This document shows, in pieces, positions 14,463 to 29,167 of a DNA stretch of 64,000 bases (position 1 is its first letter; each line of letters starts with the position of its first letter). The notes under the pieces were generated by a model. That model worked only from the letters and a program-made list of their open reading frames with translations. It made no database searches and was not told where the DNA came from. Origin of the DNA: Bispira polyomma (lineage: Eukaryota); assembly GCA_965649765.1 (NCBI GenBank), contig OZ287751.1:32054001-32118000 (forward strand), written 5' to 3'. A program made the translations under genes and the position numbers.

Positions 14463-15748
14463 CAGATCTGTTACTCATTATATATATCCAAGCAAGATTT
14501 TGATGAGATACTACAAGGTTCCTTAAGTGGGAGATGAAAAAAATATATGGCAAATAAAAATGGGTTCATGAAATCAAATGTTCAGATAACAGAAGTTTGG
14601 ATAGATAACATCTACGGTACTAATTTAATCTAATTTAAGGAATTAAATATCCAGGGAAAAAATAAAGAGAAATGAAAGTTACATAACCATCAAACTGTAA
14701 TAATGTATGAAGGATGGGAGAAATTTTCACCGATTTGTTTAGATTTAATCACCAAATAGTAGAAAATACAGGACAGTTTCTTAAATAAAACATGAAGAAA
14801 ATTACACCACAACTTGAAACTATTATTTTTGTCAACATATGGTATTGCAAAGAAACGAATCACATCCTATTTACGCACAACTACTATTTGGTGCACCATA
14901 CACATATATTTATGGCCACTTAGACTACATTTGCATAAATGGAAATGAGTCAGAATGCCAACAAAACAGAAAGGAATTGATTTTTGTTTTCTAGTGCAAG
15001 TGCATCTGCACTAGACAAGTACTTGTTATTTACGAACCAAGGATATAAAAATATCAAGCAGTAAATCAATAGGCATGTACAGGCTCTTGAACACAATCTT
15101 ATTATTAGCTCTAGTCCTTGGAAAACTATAGGTTTTTTATATGGAAAATACCAAATACTTTATGCTAAATCTAAAAACAGGTCATTAACTAGTCACATAG
15201 ACTACATTAATTTTTATTCTGCAATTTTTATAGCCATATTTTGCACACTTTATAAAATATTTGGCCCTGCTTTAATGATATATGGCAAATACATGTCCCT
15301 TACTTGTGAAACAACAAATAACATTAGAGCACTATTATATTTCACAAATATACACTTTAATCTATTCATATTACAGCACAACTTTGTGCAAAATTGTACA
15401 AGGTACTTCTAAGTTCTACTTATTCACTTTGGCAAAAAATTCATATAAGATAAATAAATCTTATCAGATTGGAGTTTTTGTCAGGACACACACATGCATG
15501 TTTTCATGGCAAACAAATGAACAGGAATTGAATAGAATTACAGTAGACTCTGCATAAGTAGAACCAGTGTAAGTCAAATTTAGGTACAAATGGGACTGGT
15601 TTTGAGGTCCCAACATCAAAAAATACTGTAGTTTTGTAGATATAAGTGGAAGTTGGCCATAACTAGAACCAAATCCTGTGGATAATGGAGGCTCTTGTTA
15701 AACAGAGTCTGCTGTAAGTAATATGTTCAAGCAACTTTTTCAACTTAC

Positions 15749-15883
15749 CGGTATAATGCATTCGCTGCTTTATGACACTGCAATTTAAACATTTCTGCAG
15801 TAGTTGTCCCATCATCTTGAGTTGTGTGAAGATAAAATGACTTCCCATTGTGAGTTGCCTTTTGAACTGCAGTGCAAGCAATT
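15749..15883 (-). CDS. MYLIP: MYLIP exon 4 (FERM C-lobe); not in the ORF track in this frame
   Basis: RIACTAVQKATHNGKSFYLHTTQDDGTTTAEMFKLQCHKAANALYR resembles human RIAYPVVQMATQSGKNVYL...AASGLYR; tag/gtaag boundaries. Confidence 0.9.
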
Positions 15884-16430
15884 CTACAAGCAAAAGTATT
15901 ATTGCATGTATTTTACAATATATTATATTGCTCACCAGTCATTGTAAGATAAGTAACAAAACTCTTCATCAACTTGTAATGGTTTGCAAAAATCAAAAGC
16001 GCTTTCCAATGGGTAACAAAAAAACTGAAACAGACATATTTTATGCCGCAGTTTTCTGGTGAACCGTATAACATGGGTGCACATGAGCCATAACTGTGAA
16101 CAGGAAATGTCATGTCAAAAAATTCTAAAACATTTTTGTTACATATTTCCATACTCACATATTTTAATGTTTGGAAGACATGACATGTATTTAAAGGGAA
16201 AATAGTAATAATTATACCAATCAATTCTAAACACTCCATTTTTTGGCCTAGAACTTTCATAATAGTACACAAGGTTAGTTCCCCTGGTGTATCTCAAGTT
16301 ACTTTCCAGTATAGCAGTGGCACTTAAAAAGGCAAAAAAAAACAAATGAACTAATTGCATGCAATACTGAACAGATGCTCGTGTACTATTACAGTTTACA
16401 CACAGAAAAAAAACCAACAAAACTGCTTAC

Positions 16431-16832
16431 CTTCTCGTCAATTCATAATCCTGATCAAATATAGATATATTTGCTGGTCCAATACACATATGTACAATGG
16501 GCCCACTGTCCCCCGATTTAACGGTATGCCACTCTACTCCATATGTTGACCATTCAGATGCTGTCTTTAATGCATTATACACTGCCTTTCTTTTGATTAA
16601 TCCTTTGTGTTGCATATGAGCCTCTGATATCCTTTGTAATATGTCACTTTTGGCTGCATAACTTGATGGCAATAATTTTTTGTATCTCTGTTCAAGAGCT
16701 GGCAAAGATCGAGGTCGAAAACTCCCCATATCTGCCTGAGCTACTAGTCCAAGAAACTCTATCAATTCTTCTTCAGTGCACCTTACCACTTCTTCACAAA
16801 TGTCTTGTTTGAGGTTATCCAGAATAAATTCT
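16431..16832 (-). CDS. MYLIP: MYLIP exon 3 (FERM central lobe)
   Basis: EFILDNLKQ...GLVAQADMG...YGVEWHTVK...IGP; AG/GT boundaries in phase. Confidence 0.92.
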
Positions 16833-17114
16833 CTGTAATTGAACAAAATACCATATGTAAAATTTAGTATGAATATACACACGTTATGTATTTATCACTT
16901 TGGTATAGTACACATTTATATATACATTCCAACAGTCAATTTTAACAGAAATTGCTTGAAATAACTCTTTTCTATTTTACACAAATGCATTCACTAACTA
17001 AAGAATATAAAGAAGAGAATAAAAAATGATTTAACAAAACAAAAATAAACTTCAATGACACAGTAACATGGAGACAATAAGACGGACACAATTAATGAAC
17101 ACAAAATAACATAC

Positions 17115-17320
17115 CTTGTAACCAACTGCTGAATAAAATGTGGTTTCACGTAAAATTTTACTTTCAGCTGTAGCCGATATGGGGCTGAACCAGACAACTG
17201 GCGTAGCAATCCATTCCTTAAATTCAACCAATGGCCCTCATTTTTGTTGTGTCTGTTGTCTTGTTGTATCTGAACAAGACTGAAGAAATCTGTCTCCAGA
17301 ATCCCAATATCCTCACAGAC
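17115..17320 (-). CDS. MYLIP: MYLIP exon 2 (FERM)
   Basis: VCEDIGILETDFFSL...WLNLRN...PYRLQLKVKFYVKPHFIQQLVTR; ttttag acceptor, gtatgt donor, phases consistent. Confidence 0.92.
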
Positions 17321-18786
17321 CTAAAATAATGGCAATGTATAATAATTGAAATATTGACACAGTACCCTGAAAAAAGTAATTACTATGCTCCTGACGAAAA
17401 GTGGTAACACTGGTGATAACAATTTTAAACTATTTGCAAGTGCACATTTATTTGTTTCTTTTTTAGCACAGGTTTCGTTAACATTGTCATTTCGCTTTTA
17501 TTAACTTCACTTGGACGTTTGTGTTTAAAGTATCAATGTTTATTAGCACAAAAAATTCTGTTGCAATCTTTTTCACTGAATCTCTCAAATTGATCAGATC
17601 TGAGTATACCTCTGTTAAGGGGGCGCCCCTGTGAAGGCATCTATTCTTGCTGAAAATTTAAAAATTGTATGATGTTCGTTGGCGTTTTTGGCATACTTAA
17701 AAAAACGCACTGTCTTCGGAACCGCCATTAGCAGTTTGCAAACTCAAGGGATTTAGAGCCGTCCAAAATATGTATAATTTTTTGCCGACAATATCAATAT
17801 TATTTTACAGACAAACTTTTTTTATATTATTTTGTCGACAGAAATTAATTGTTTTACAGACGTAAATCATTTGCCAATTGCTTTCCAGGTATATGTGCAG
17901 ATATAAGATAATATGTTGACGGTTCTTGCCGAGTCAAAGATAGTTAATATGCTTATATGGAAGTTGTTGCTACACTTCCGAGATATACATCAGCGTAACT
18001 TCCCAGATATACATTGGCCATGGACTTATCTTTTGTTAATGTATGAATAAATGCATTAACAGAACTTCACAGAACTGTCCAAAAATATTACTATATGAAA
18101 AAAGTCTTACAATTTCTATGTTTTGAATTATATAAGTTAGAACTTCAATAAATAACTCTGTAGAAAATACGAGTTGTAGAAAATATGTACTTGTACTTCG
18201 GGGACCCGATGTCTATTGATTTTCTTAGGCATCTGTCACCCGACGCCCAAGCACTAAGAACATATATTATCTATATCTTATATCTAATCACATACCTTGG
18301 AGGAAGGCAATGAATGGAACTCCAAAGGCAGTAGACTTAAAACTAAAACTGGAAAAGTTTATTGCTTCATTCATGCTGTATTAGGCAAAATTTACAATAA
18401 CGGTTCGTAAGGAAAACTGATTTAGAACCGTCAGCGTGTGATGGTTCCAAATCACATTGTTTTCCGAACTGCCTGTGACTGTTTCAAAGCCTCAGCGAAA
18501 AAAATTACGTTTGTCATAAAATACGTACAAAGTAAATGCGGTACGCCAAAAACATGATGCACAACCATACTAAACCAAGAGGGCCAAATAAAGGAAATTT
18601 AAGAGAAAATCAATTAAACATTTTACTAAGATTGAAAATGAACATTCAAAACTTTATAAATTTCTTCTATAATTTGATTTTGTATAACATTTGTTTTTGA
18701 ACAATATACTTAATGTTAACAACATCAGAATGTTAGCATCTACATCACTACAAATATACAGTATATGGCATCCCATGAATACATAC

Positions 18787-18873
18787 CTTGTTCAAGAGAT
18801 CTTGTCCAAGTGCCTTTGTGTCAAGTTCATATTCCTTGACATCTCTGTTGGTTAAAGTAACTAAGCACCACAT
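18787..18873 (-). CDS. MYLIP: MYLIP/IDOL (Dnr1-like) E3 ligase, coding exon 1 (FERM N-lobe)
   Basis: Translates MWCLVTLTNRDVKEYELDTKALGQDLLNK, resembling the human MYLIP start [29 protein letters not shown]; GTATGT donor; alternative in-frame ATG at 18882. Confidence 0.9.
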
Positions 18874-19339
18874 TGTGGACATCTGTATTTTGTGTTAACA
18901 CCTTGTCTTTACAATATTTCTCCAGTGAATAGTTTCATATATAAACATTGCAACACTGCTCAACAGTTTTGTTTTTTCCAACTTGCACAAAAACAACAAC
19001 TTCTTACTTCACGTTCTCACTCCAAATGAAATGAATATTCATTTGCGCGGTGACCTAAATATAAACCACGGTCGTCACAATACCGTAAAGAAGAAAAAAA
19101 AAACCCAGAAAACTGAAGTAGTACAGAACATAACTGTTGTTCACTTGAATCGTTCGGGTTTTGTTTGCTAATTAGATATTCTGCACATTTTGTAAGACTG
19201 AATCATTATTTTGTTTATGTGTAGTAAAAATATGAAAGACTTTTATATTATTAATATATTTCTATACTTTTAATAGACTATGGATATTCTATTTTTGCGA
19301 AATAAGAACAAGTGCTGCAATGATGATCTGATGAAACCA

Positions 19340-19790
19340 GTGACTATGATCCACCCATTGTTGTAAATGAATTGCTTTGCTTTATCAGCTACAACATTGA
19401 CCTGATACCAAAAGATATTCTTGTGAAACTGTGCATTGACTTTTGTGGAGATCCCGTAGTAGAAGTGCCAAGAAGCTTCAATTTGGCCTAAATGTTGTAA
19501 AAACCTTGGATGGAAGAGGAAGATTTATGCTAAGAAAAGGTGCTGATGAAAATGAGAAAAATATTTATGATTTATTTAATATTTTTCTTCTGCTTGATGT
19601 TTCAGCCTCTCCTGAATTTGTTGCTAAAGATCTTTCTAACTTGCCACCTCTATTATACAACCACTTTGACCTTTCTGGTGTAATACATGACATTAAAGTC
19701 TTTGAGAATGAGATAAACCTTGCAAAAGCTGCACCTAAATCCTTATTTACAGATATTGTAAAGAAGGACTGCCACTCCCTCTACTGACCT
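19340..19790 (+). mobile_element. LINE (CR1/Jockey group) ORF1 remnant
   Basis: VVNELLCFI...VKLC..F...AKKL...RKG....DL..IF......PEFVAKDLSNLPP motif of LINE ORF1 N-termini. Confidence 0.65.
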
Positions 19791-21099
19791 GAAATTGAAG
19801 AAAGCCCGGAACAGGGCTAAAGATATAAGTTCTTCTCCAAGTTCTGCTCCAAATACTGTGTACAACCAGTTTTGCATCAAACTTGATCAGATGTGTGAAT
19901 GTTGCTCCTGTGGTCACTAGAAAGATGATGCCTAAAGAGGATATCTAATGTAATGATTATTATTGTTAACAAACATTTATATAGCGCTATTCTATGCATA
20001 CTAACAACCCATAGCGCTTTGCAGACAAACACTTTATTAAATTGAAATACAGTGTCCTGTAGAGGAATACACTGCTACACTTTACTGACCAGTTAAAAGA
20101 ATCCTCAACTCTGGCTTTATCTCAGTGGAATTAAACTCCTGCTGAGCGTGACACATGATCCACCACTACCTAAAGGAAATAATCTTTAGGTGTGTTTATC
20201 TTGCACATCTTTGGCTTGCTTGTGGTATATGTTGAAGGTTTCTAAACTGCTCATACATTGTATTTGCAAAAGGTGTACTATTTGATACAAAACAATGATT
20301 TCAAAAAATATTTTTATAAAATTTAAGAAGGCTCACACCAGTGTTTACTTCTTGGCGGTTGGAATAATACTGAGAAGAATTTTTTAAACTTAAACTACAA
20401 TTTTTTTTGTTTAGGTAACATAAAAATGTCGAAAAATCAAGTTAATATCCATAAAACAATTAAAGTATTCCTAAAATGTCTGGATGCTTCATGTGTACAT
20501 ACAATGTTCATGCTTATCAACATTATTCTTAATTACTCCTAACAATAATTGACAGCACTTCAATGTCAAAATAGATTTTTCAATGTCAAGGGCTATCACA
20601 ATCTATGGAGGACCTATGGTTTTTTTGTAAACTGGTGAAGATCTTGACCCACTATAATGGAAAAGGGTTAGTAAGTGTTAATATTTGAAAATTGTAAAAG
20701 ATTGGTGGCCGAATTGTCATGGTTTTCATAAAATGGTGAATAACCCGAAAACGGATATAGATCAATTTGTTGGCAATTTAAACCCACCAGTGTAAAAGGG
20801 GTGTAGTACAAACCAAGATTAAAACTTTAGCGGCCATCTTTAATCATTGTGATTTTGATAAAATGGCAATCCATCTCAGAAATGATATAGAGCAATTCAT
20901 AGCCAAACCCCTAATTGTGCTGATCAGGGTTTGTTTTTACCACCAGCCGAGCTCTGCTCCAATTGTCCTAGTTGACTAGTTCCTTTAACCAATGGTGTTA
21001 AAGACTGGTCTATGACCTATGACCTTTGTCAAGTGAAAAGTAAAATTCTGTGATGAGGACATCCACTATCCCCACCTCCTCCCCCCCCCCCCCCTCATC

Positions 21100-22000
21100 A
21101 TTTTACATAAAACACTTTCTTCTCCTAATGGTATATGTTATAAAGTGATCAAACTTGTGTACTATACTGTACAAGACTGAACATGAAGGAATATACACAT
21201 GTTTATACTTTTTTAGCAAACACACCACAGGAGAGTGAGTGTATGTTGTTTTAAAACCACTAACTGCAAGGTTTAATACTTAGGAGGCAGATAAGGGAAA
21301 TCTGACTTCTGATCAGAGCTGGACAGACTTGGGATGTAATGTGTAGCAGTGAGTAGACAGTTAGGCTCGATGACATTACATATACTCATTTCGAAAAAGA
21401 TGAGTGTTCAATTGTTTTTTAAAAAGCTCAATGCTGTCTATTTTTCTAAAAGAGAGAGGAAGTTCATTCCAGAGTTTTTGGACTGGCAACAGCCAAACTT
21501 CTTTTCATACAAGTTTCTAACTGATATTTTGGCTGGTAGTGCAAATTTTTATCCTGTGAACACAGAGTTGGTTGAGTGATGTAAGCTTTAATGAGCTCTG
21601 TCAGGTAATCAGCAGAAAGTCCATGGAGAACTTTGAAAATGAGCGAACATTAAGGTGTCCAAGTTGAAATGATGTCCAAAAAACAATTAATTCTGTATGG
21701 TCTTCATTTAACTTTAATTAATTATGGTACTTCCAATGACTGATAATTGGACTAGGGTGGCGTCTAGGAAAAAGAAAAATCAGGTGAATGCACAGGGAAC
21801 TTGACTAGCTGGTAACTCTGACTTACAAGTCGTTAAAGATTCCAGTCTGGTTCTCGACGTAGATGCACTGGTGAGCTAATCTTCTGACTCGCTCCTGGTG
21901 CCAACTGTAACTCCATTGAAGATCATGTATGACAAGTGGCAGGGTTTAGTGTCAAACCAGAAAAGATAAATACACAGTTGGACTCCTCCTTTGTTATAAA
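21100..22000 (-). mobile_element. LINE 3' fragment and 3' UTR; the UTR part recurs at 47640-47900
   Basis: FGCCQSKNSG...IELFKKQLNTHLF-like ORF2 tail; ~250 bp of 21110-21355 clearly similar to 47640-47900. Confidence 0.55.
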
Positions 22001-22129
22001 GTGTGACTTTGAGACTAGAAAGCAGCTATTAATACCAGATGTGAGGGATAATGGGATCCTAATTCGTGGTTACTTAATAAACTAATGACCTAATGATGGA
22101 CTCTATAGCAAAACTCTCCTGTGAAATTT

Positions 22130-24275
22130 TTTGCATTGTATCATCCAACTGTAAGTCTAGAAAGAAATCAATTAATGCGATTTAAGATTTATGCATTGAT
22201 AATGATATAGTTCTACTTCACGAGACATGACTGACAAAACAGGATATGCATCTCCTAAAGTCCCTATCTCCAGAATTTAATGGTGAGGGAAACTCTGTGT
22301 TGACCTTAGTACTAGAACTTATTAAGGGAAGACTGTATGATGGCCTTGCAGTGCTCTGAAAGAAAGGCTTTGGTGGTACATGCAAAAACATTTATTTAAA
22401 TTTTTTGTAAATGGCTTAGAGATTGATTACAGTGGTGGTGGAAAAACGTTGCTTCTAAATTGCTACTTACCCTTTAAATTAAATTCTAACTATCATTCAT
22501 TTTGCGAGTAAATAAGAAAATTGTGTTATATAATTAGTACATCTAAATTTCATCATGTAGTAGCAGTAAGTGACTTTAATGCTGACCTTTCATATTTATT
22601 GGACCATACTGCAGTTACTACAGTTAAAGAAAAGTAAATTTGGTGAGGAGTTGGTCAATTTTTGTGAACATGAGAATCTTGTTTAAATTAATTGTATAAA
22701 TCATAAAGATGATGTGAGTGTACATACTTTTGTTAGCGATATTCATGATAGTGTGAGTTAGTTAGACCATTGTATATCAACTCCCAGTGCAATACCATAT
22801 GCTGTTTATTGTCATAATCCTTAATGTATGGATAAGACCACAGCACTGATTTTACTCATTTATATAACTACAATTTTTATAACTACAGAGTGCCAGTGCT
22901 CTATTAAGTAAAATTAATAAAATGGAAGACAAGCAACTTCTGGGTTGGAACTCTGTGTTCAAAAATGCACATGATAACTACAGAGAACCTTATGTTATAT
23001 TGGTAGAATATGGTAAGCCTAAGTTTGGTTTAATACATCACCTACACAAAAAAGCTCCTGCCAGTTTTAAGTACACCCTTAGGTTCTGTAAGCAAATTAA
23101 AGAACGAATTTTAGCAGATAGTCTTGCCAGTGAGTTTGGTGAAAAAACAATTATAAATTTTGGGATAAAGTTAAAAACTAGCAAAAGCATGCAATCTACT
23201 GCTGCTGAAATTGGTGGTGCTACTGATGTTAATAAAATTGCCAATATGTGGAGTGCACACTATTCTGCCCTGTTGAATACTTGTGACAGTGAAAACCATG
23301 TAAAACTAAATATAATTAGCAAGGTTAATAATATGTGTTTTACGTATGATATGCTTTTGACAATTGAAGAAACTGGCTCTGCAGTTAGGAAGCTTAGAAT
23401 ATTAGTAGAGAGCACTTTAAATATGATTCAAATAGGATTGTTGTCTTACTGCCTCTCTGTATTACTAGTATATTTATAAATGGCTTTATACCTGATGATT
23501 GTATAAAAACTATAATGGTGCCTATAGTCAAAGATAATGCAGGGAATATCTAAGATGTTAACAACTAACTACAGGCCCATATCCTTGACAACAATCTTCT
23601 CAAAAAAAAAATAAAAATTATAATTCTTCAAGGATATGAGCATCTTCTTTCAAGCTCTGATAACAAATTTGGCTTCAAGAGAAATCATTCTACTGATATG
23701 TATATTTGCTTTTAAACAAATAGTTCAGTATTCTTTCAACAATTCTAGTCCCGTTTATATTTGCTTTATTGATGCTTCAAAAGCTTTTGATAAAGTAAGT
23801 TATTTAGTAAATTGCTTGATAGAAACACCCTTGCTTATATAGTCAGTTTGATTATGTTTTGGTACTGCAACCAAACTTTAAGTATCAAGTGGTGTGATAC
23901 CTTATCTGCTGGCTTCTATGTCTGTAATGGTGTGGGACAAGGTGGAATTTTATCTCCCTATCTTTTTAATGTGTATATTAAGGAGCCATTTATTAAACTA
24001 AATTACTGCAATGTTGGTTGTAACTTTAATGGTGTAATGTTGAATAACTTTGCTTATGCTGATGATATGTTTCTCTTAGCTCCTTCGCCAAAAGGATTGC
24101 AACGTTTAATTAAAATATGTGAGGATTATGGAAATGATTTTGATATTATCTTTAATTTAAAAAGAGCTTATGCATGTGTGTCACTGTTACTCATATCATT
24201 TTCTTATTTTTGTTTTTTATTCTTGTATCTATAATATCATATGGACTAGTTCAGTCTGTAATAAAAGAATTAAAC
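22130..24275 (+). mobile_element. Decayed LINE ORF2 (AP endonuclease + RT), probably the same element as the ORF1 at 19340
   Basis: IVLLHET, DFNAD, LDHC endonuclease motifs; NYRPISL, FIDASKAFDKV, GVGQGGILSPYLFNVY, FAYADD. Confidence 0.88.
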
Positions 24276-24299
24276 TAATTAATTAGAATGATCAATCTA

Positions 24300-25640
24300 T
24301 CAAATCTAGCAGTCTGAATGTTGCTAGTCAGTTATTTAGTAGACATATAAGAATGATAAAATCACATAATAGAACATCACTTTTAAGAACATCAAGATAT
24401 GATCATATGCTTGAACTTTCCAAACGTAGCTATTACAGTGACATTGTTAACAAAACCTGTGACAAGCCAAAAGCCTTGTGAAACTTAATAAAACAAATAC
24501 TCCACAAATTCCCCACAATTTTACTACCTGACTGCAAAACAGTGGCAAACTTGACAAATATTTTTGGTACTTTTTTCTCAGAGAAAACTACCAAAACTAA
24601 CTCCAGCTGGTTTACATCCTCTGATCCCCATCAAACCCACCTACTATACACAACACCTCTATCTTCTTCCAGACTATGTCAGAGAGAGAAGTCTTCAAAA
24701 TTATTCAATCCTCCCCAAATAAGTTCTTCAATCTGGATCCGATTCCAACATCTTTGGTGAAGGAATGTTTCAGCATCCCTATTATACCCATTACCTGTAT
24801 AGTCAATTTCTCTCTCCAAAAGGAATTTTCCATCTTGTTTTAAAACCGCATATGTTTCTCCACTTCTTAAAAAACCTAGCATTGACAGAAAATTTCTTAA
24901 TAATTATTACCTGTATCCTATTTGAGTTCCATCTCCAACATCATCGAGAAGGCAGTGGCAAAGCAGTTTAATGACTTAAAGGCCTACAAAGACATATCAA
25001 ATATAAATCAATCAGCATACAGAGGCTTTCATTCAACTGAGACAGGCTTGTTAAAGATTCAAAATGTCTGCTTCTGTTAGCACCCACACCGTTGGACCTG
25101 TCTACTACCTTTGAAATTATCAACATATTATCCTCTTCAACTGTGTGACTGATTTGTTTGGCATTCATGGAACTGTCCTTAATTGAACCCAGTCCTATCT
25201 ACATTGTTGAAAGCAGAAAATTAAAATTTGTGATAATTTGTCAGAAGCTTTTCCACTCCCTGATGGTGTCCCACAAGGCTTGGCATTGGGTCCTTTCTTC
25301 TTCATCATGTACCTCTCTCCTCTCCGTAATATAATCTCTCAGTTTAAGGTGACTCATCATTTGTATGACTACAACATAAAAATATGCTTAGCACTTGATG
25401 AAACATACTTTGACTCAAGCTTATTAGAGTTGGCAAAATGCCTTAAGGCTGTGCAAAACCCAGACAAAACTAAATTTATTACTATCGGTGACAATGCTAG
25501 TCAAGACAGTTTGAAACAATTTTTCCCGACAAGTCTCTTTGACAACAATATGTCAACTTAGAAACTGCTGTCTAGGTGGCAAATGCCATGGTGAGTAGTC
25601 GGCTGTAGACTGTTGTAATTCCTTGCTGTACAGTATTAGT
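24300..25640 (+). mobile_element. Decayed L2-like LINE RT; its probable 3' end lies at 27560-27905
   Basis: DPIPTSLVKEC, VSPLLKKP, QSAYRGFHSTETGLLK, GVPQGLALGP; distal EWNKLP and a CGCCTTAGA...GGCACTCTATAAA(TAT)n tail. Confidence 0.82.
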
Positions 25641-25717
25641 AAGATCAATATAACAAGCTATGTTATAAAACTTCACATCTTAAGCAGGGGTAAAAAGCAT
25701 GATACAATAATAACTTG

Positions 25718-25775
25718 TCTCTGTTAATTGTATTTCGACCCTATGTCTATTGGAGTGGTCTCATCAGAGGCTATG
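25718..25775 (-). ncRNA. Degenerate type I hammerhead ribozyme core (Penelope pLTR-associated)
   Basis: - strand CTGATGA-GACC[16 nt]GGTC-GAAA; stems I and III poorly paired. Confidence 0.55.
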
Positions 25776-26009
25776 ATTAAGTAAGGTTTCCTCGTCCCTG
25801 AAGTACTATTTGGCTCTGGGTGGTATACTGCTGGGATAAAGCGGTATACCGGTTTTGTGGGTGGTACAGAGCCGGTATTTTGTGGTATGTACCATTGAAG
25901 TACTTTTTTTGTAAATGTGTAACTGATTTGATTAGATTTTTATTAGAATAATATATAAGCATCTTTTAATTAAAGATCATTCAAGCAGGAACTACTCAAA
26001 AGTAAGGTT

Positions 26010-26720
26010 ATGATATCCAAGACGAATAATCTCACCAAAAATGAGAGAGTTGGTCTACGAGAAAACAAAACAACTCAGGACATACTTATCAAAAAAGCTG
26101 ACAAAGGGTCAATATGTAGTTCTATCAATCATGCAACTTGCAACATAAGCAAATTTATTGATAAACATATAAAAAAATATGTCCCCCTTACTAAATCATA
26201 TGTAAGAGACACACAACACTTTATTAACTACATAAGGGCACTAGACAATATTCCTGAAGGAGCCACCCAAGTTATCTTAGATGTGAGTTCACTATATACA
26301 AGTATCCAAAATCATGAAGGAATATTAGATATAGCAAACCACCTCAGAATTGGCCCTGATAAACAAGTCGTGGGCCTTTTCATACTCAGACTCCTTAACA
26401 TGGTTCTACACTCAATGCACTTAAACTTTAATGGGGATTATTACCTGCAGATTTGTGGCACAGCCATGAGCACTGCAACAGCCCCTAACTATGCCAACCT
26501 CTTTATGAACAGATTTGAAACAGGAACAATTAATAACTGGCCCCTAAACCCCTCTTATGGCTGAGATTTATAGAAGACAAAAATTAATGATATGGACTCA
26601 TGGTCAAACCAACTGACCAATTTTTTAGCCTACCTTAATGACATACACCTAACCGGTAAGTTCAAACACAAGTCTAGTGATACAAATATCAACTTTCTTG
26701 ACAGTCAAAATTGATAAGGA
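26010..26720 (+). mobile_element. Penelope-like element RT remnant
   Basis: IKKADKG, SYVRDTQHFI, LDVSSLYTSI, YLQICGTAM...APNYANLFM, WLRFIED, INFL. Confidence 0.9.
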
Positions 26721-29167
26721 CCAACAAATATATAAAGCCTTACATGAAGGATACAGGAGTTTACCAAACCTCAGGGATACCCTTACCAGTGCCACAATCC
26801 AATACCCAAAGGGGGACTCTACCCAAAAAACACAAATCCTAAAAGTTTGTACCACCCAGCAAATATTGCAAAGGTTTATAAACGTTTTATAAAACTCTTT
26901 TAAACCAATCTTTTATCATTTTCAGTAACCTAAGGTTTTCAATGGTTTTGAGTATTTGTAAACGTTTGTAAACATTTATTAAATGTTTCACAAATGAGCA
27001 GGAGAATGGACAATTGCTGATAACGTTTAATAGAATAGTTGTAGAACATGGTTGACAACTGGCAGTCAGTCTACTACCACCTCTCTCAATCTTTTGACGT
27101 CTAAATACTGTAACAAGAAAACATCATTTCAAGCTACATATACAATAAAAAGTAATTTAACATGAAGATTGAAATATAGTGAAACTGGTCATAAATGGAA
27201 AGTAATGTTACTTCTTGATTTAGCGTCTGTATTTTGATTGTGGCACACATATTAGTGTGCAACTTCTTGGTTGAAATATCTTCACATAAATTCAGCTGTT
27301 TATCAGCCCACTAATGAAACAGATCAATGAGGTTTATTGTGAGTTCACCAAACTAAATACCCAGTTATTAAACTTCCCAAATTAATTTCCTGTGAAATAA
27401 GTAACATTATTTACTTAATTTACTGCAATAAATATATCAAAAATTTTGTGGGCGAAACTGGAAGAAAATTTAGAAAGAGAATTTACGAACACAGATTATC
27501 TGTCTTAAAACCAAATACCAAATACTGGTCTGTCACATGAAATTCAGTGTGTTAGAATGGTGTACACCCAAATTTAATAACTATGAAACCGCATCTCCTT
27601 TTCCTCAACCCAACCAAATAGGAAGATCAACAGGTATTGTTTGGCTGTCGCAGTCCTGTTGAATGGAACAAGCTCCCACAGACTAAGATAACAGGATCCA
27701 ATCGCTGGTTGCGAAAGCCATATAAAAACTTGCCTTTGAAGACTGGTCTACCCCCTTCTTAGTATCTTCCCTCATGGATGCTTTTTTAGTAATAACCTTT
27801 TGCCTGCCCTTGGACCTCCCTTTTTGGATATCATCGCCTTAGACAATGTTCTGATCAATTTGGCACTCTATAAACGCTATAATTACTATTATTTTATTAC
27901 TGTGATAATAGCATACACAAACACTAATTGTATCAATCTTCTCAACTCTTTCAGACTGTGAAGCTTTTTCCCGAACATTCTACAACTTAAACAATTATAC
28001 AGAGAATTATGTTTTATTGTGTTTGTGCATTGTCTGTGTGTTTGTCTCTCCATACTAATCAACACTGTTCCACACACACACTCATGGGCCATGTGGACAG
28101 CTATTGTGGCCTTATACCTTATATCAAGTCCCACAATTTAAACGATGATAATGCAGATAAGACATTTTTGCCCCTGGGTGTTAACCAAGGTCTTTAAATG
28201 GTTAATCAAAATGAGGGTGCATGTGTAAGTAGTTATGCAATTGTCTTACCTGCAGCCAACCACCAACTAAATGTATTGATTGATCAATAATGTTAGACAT
28301 TTTGTTTTACTGTAACATTAATAGGATCAAAGATACAAACTCACTAGCTGCAATTTTTGTATGTTGTTTATATGGCAAGTATGCTTTCAATTATAACATT
28401 GATTCAATTCCCATCAAATTATTTCGATTAAAAGTTTAACTAATAATCGAATTTGTAATATTAATTCCTAATTTCTTTAAATAATAGAAATCCAAAGTCC
28501 CAATTAATAATTTATCAATGATCTACCACACATTTGAAGTAAAAGTGTAAAACCATATGGAATAATTTGCCAATCAATATACGATTCAAGGAAACCCTCT
28601 CTGGCTTTAGAAGTAACCTTAAGACCCATCTTTTCACCTCGCTTACCCTTCATAGACATATTTCTCCTGAACATCACCCCGCTCACGAATTTGCTTTGCC
28701 AATGATGTTGCTCTTCAAATGATGACTGGCACCAATTAGCGGTATTCATGCTCAGTTCGGGGGTGAACCTTAAAACTCCACCACCATAGCCCTAGAAAGA
28801 CTACTTAAAGAAGATTTTGTTTTGACAACAAGTGTAATATTATTCTTAATTGGCTAAAACACTCTCTACAAATCTCATTGGTTGACCTTGTGGGTCACTG
28901 CTTGTGTTGTGGGTATTTTCCTCACTTTGAAATTACAAACTGAGGTATCAACAGCTATAGTCTGCTTAAATTGGACGCCATTGTACTATTTTAACATTTA
29001 CAAACTTTTTAGTTGTGATACTGGACTATTTTATCATTTATTTCACTGTTCAAGTGTTTTATGATTGATACACACGTTTATGTGTACGTGAAAACTGACT
29101 TAGACAATATATATACATATAAATACGGCCAATAAATTGAGCCAGTAAAAAAGGCAAAAAATTATAA

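Noticed and set aside
28504-28790. 81-aa minus-strand ORF
   Set aside because: No recognisable domain or splice support; lies within TE debris
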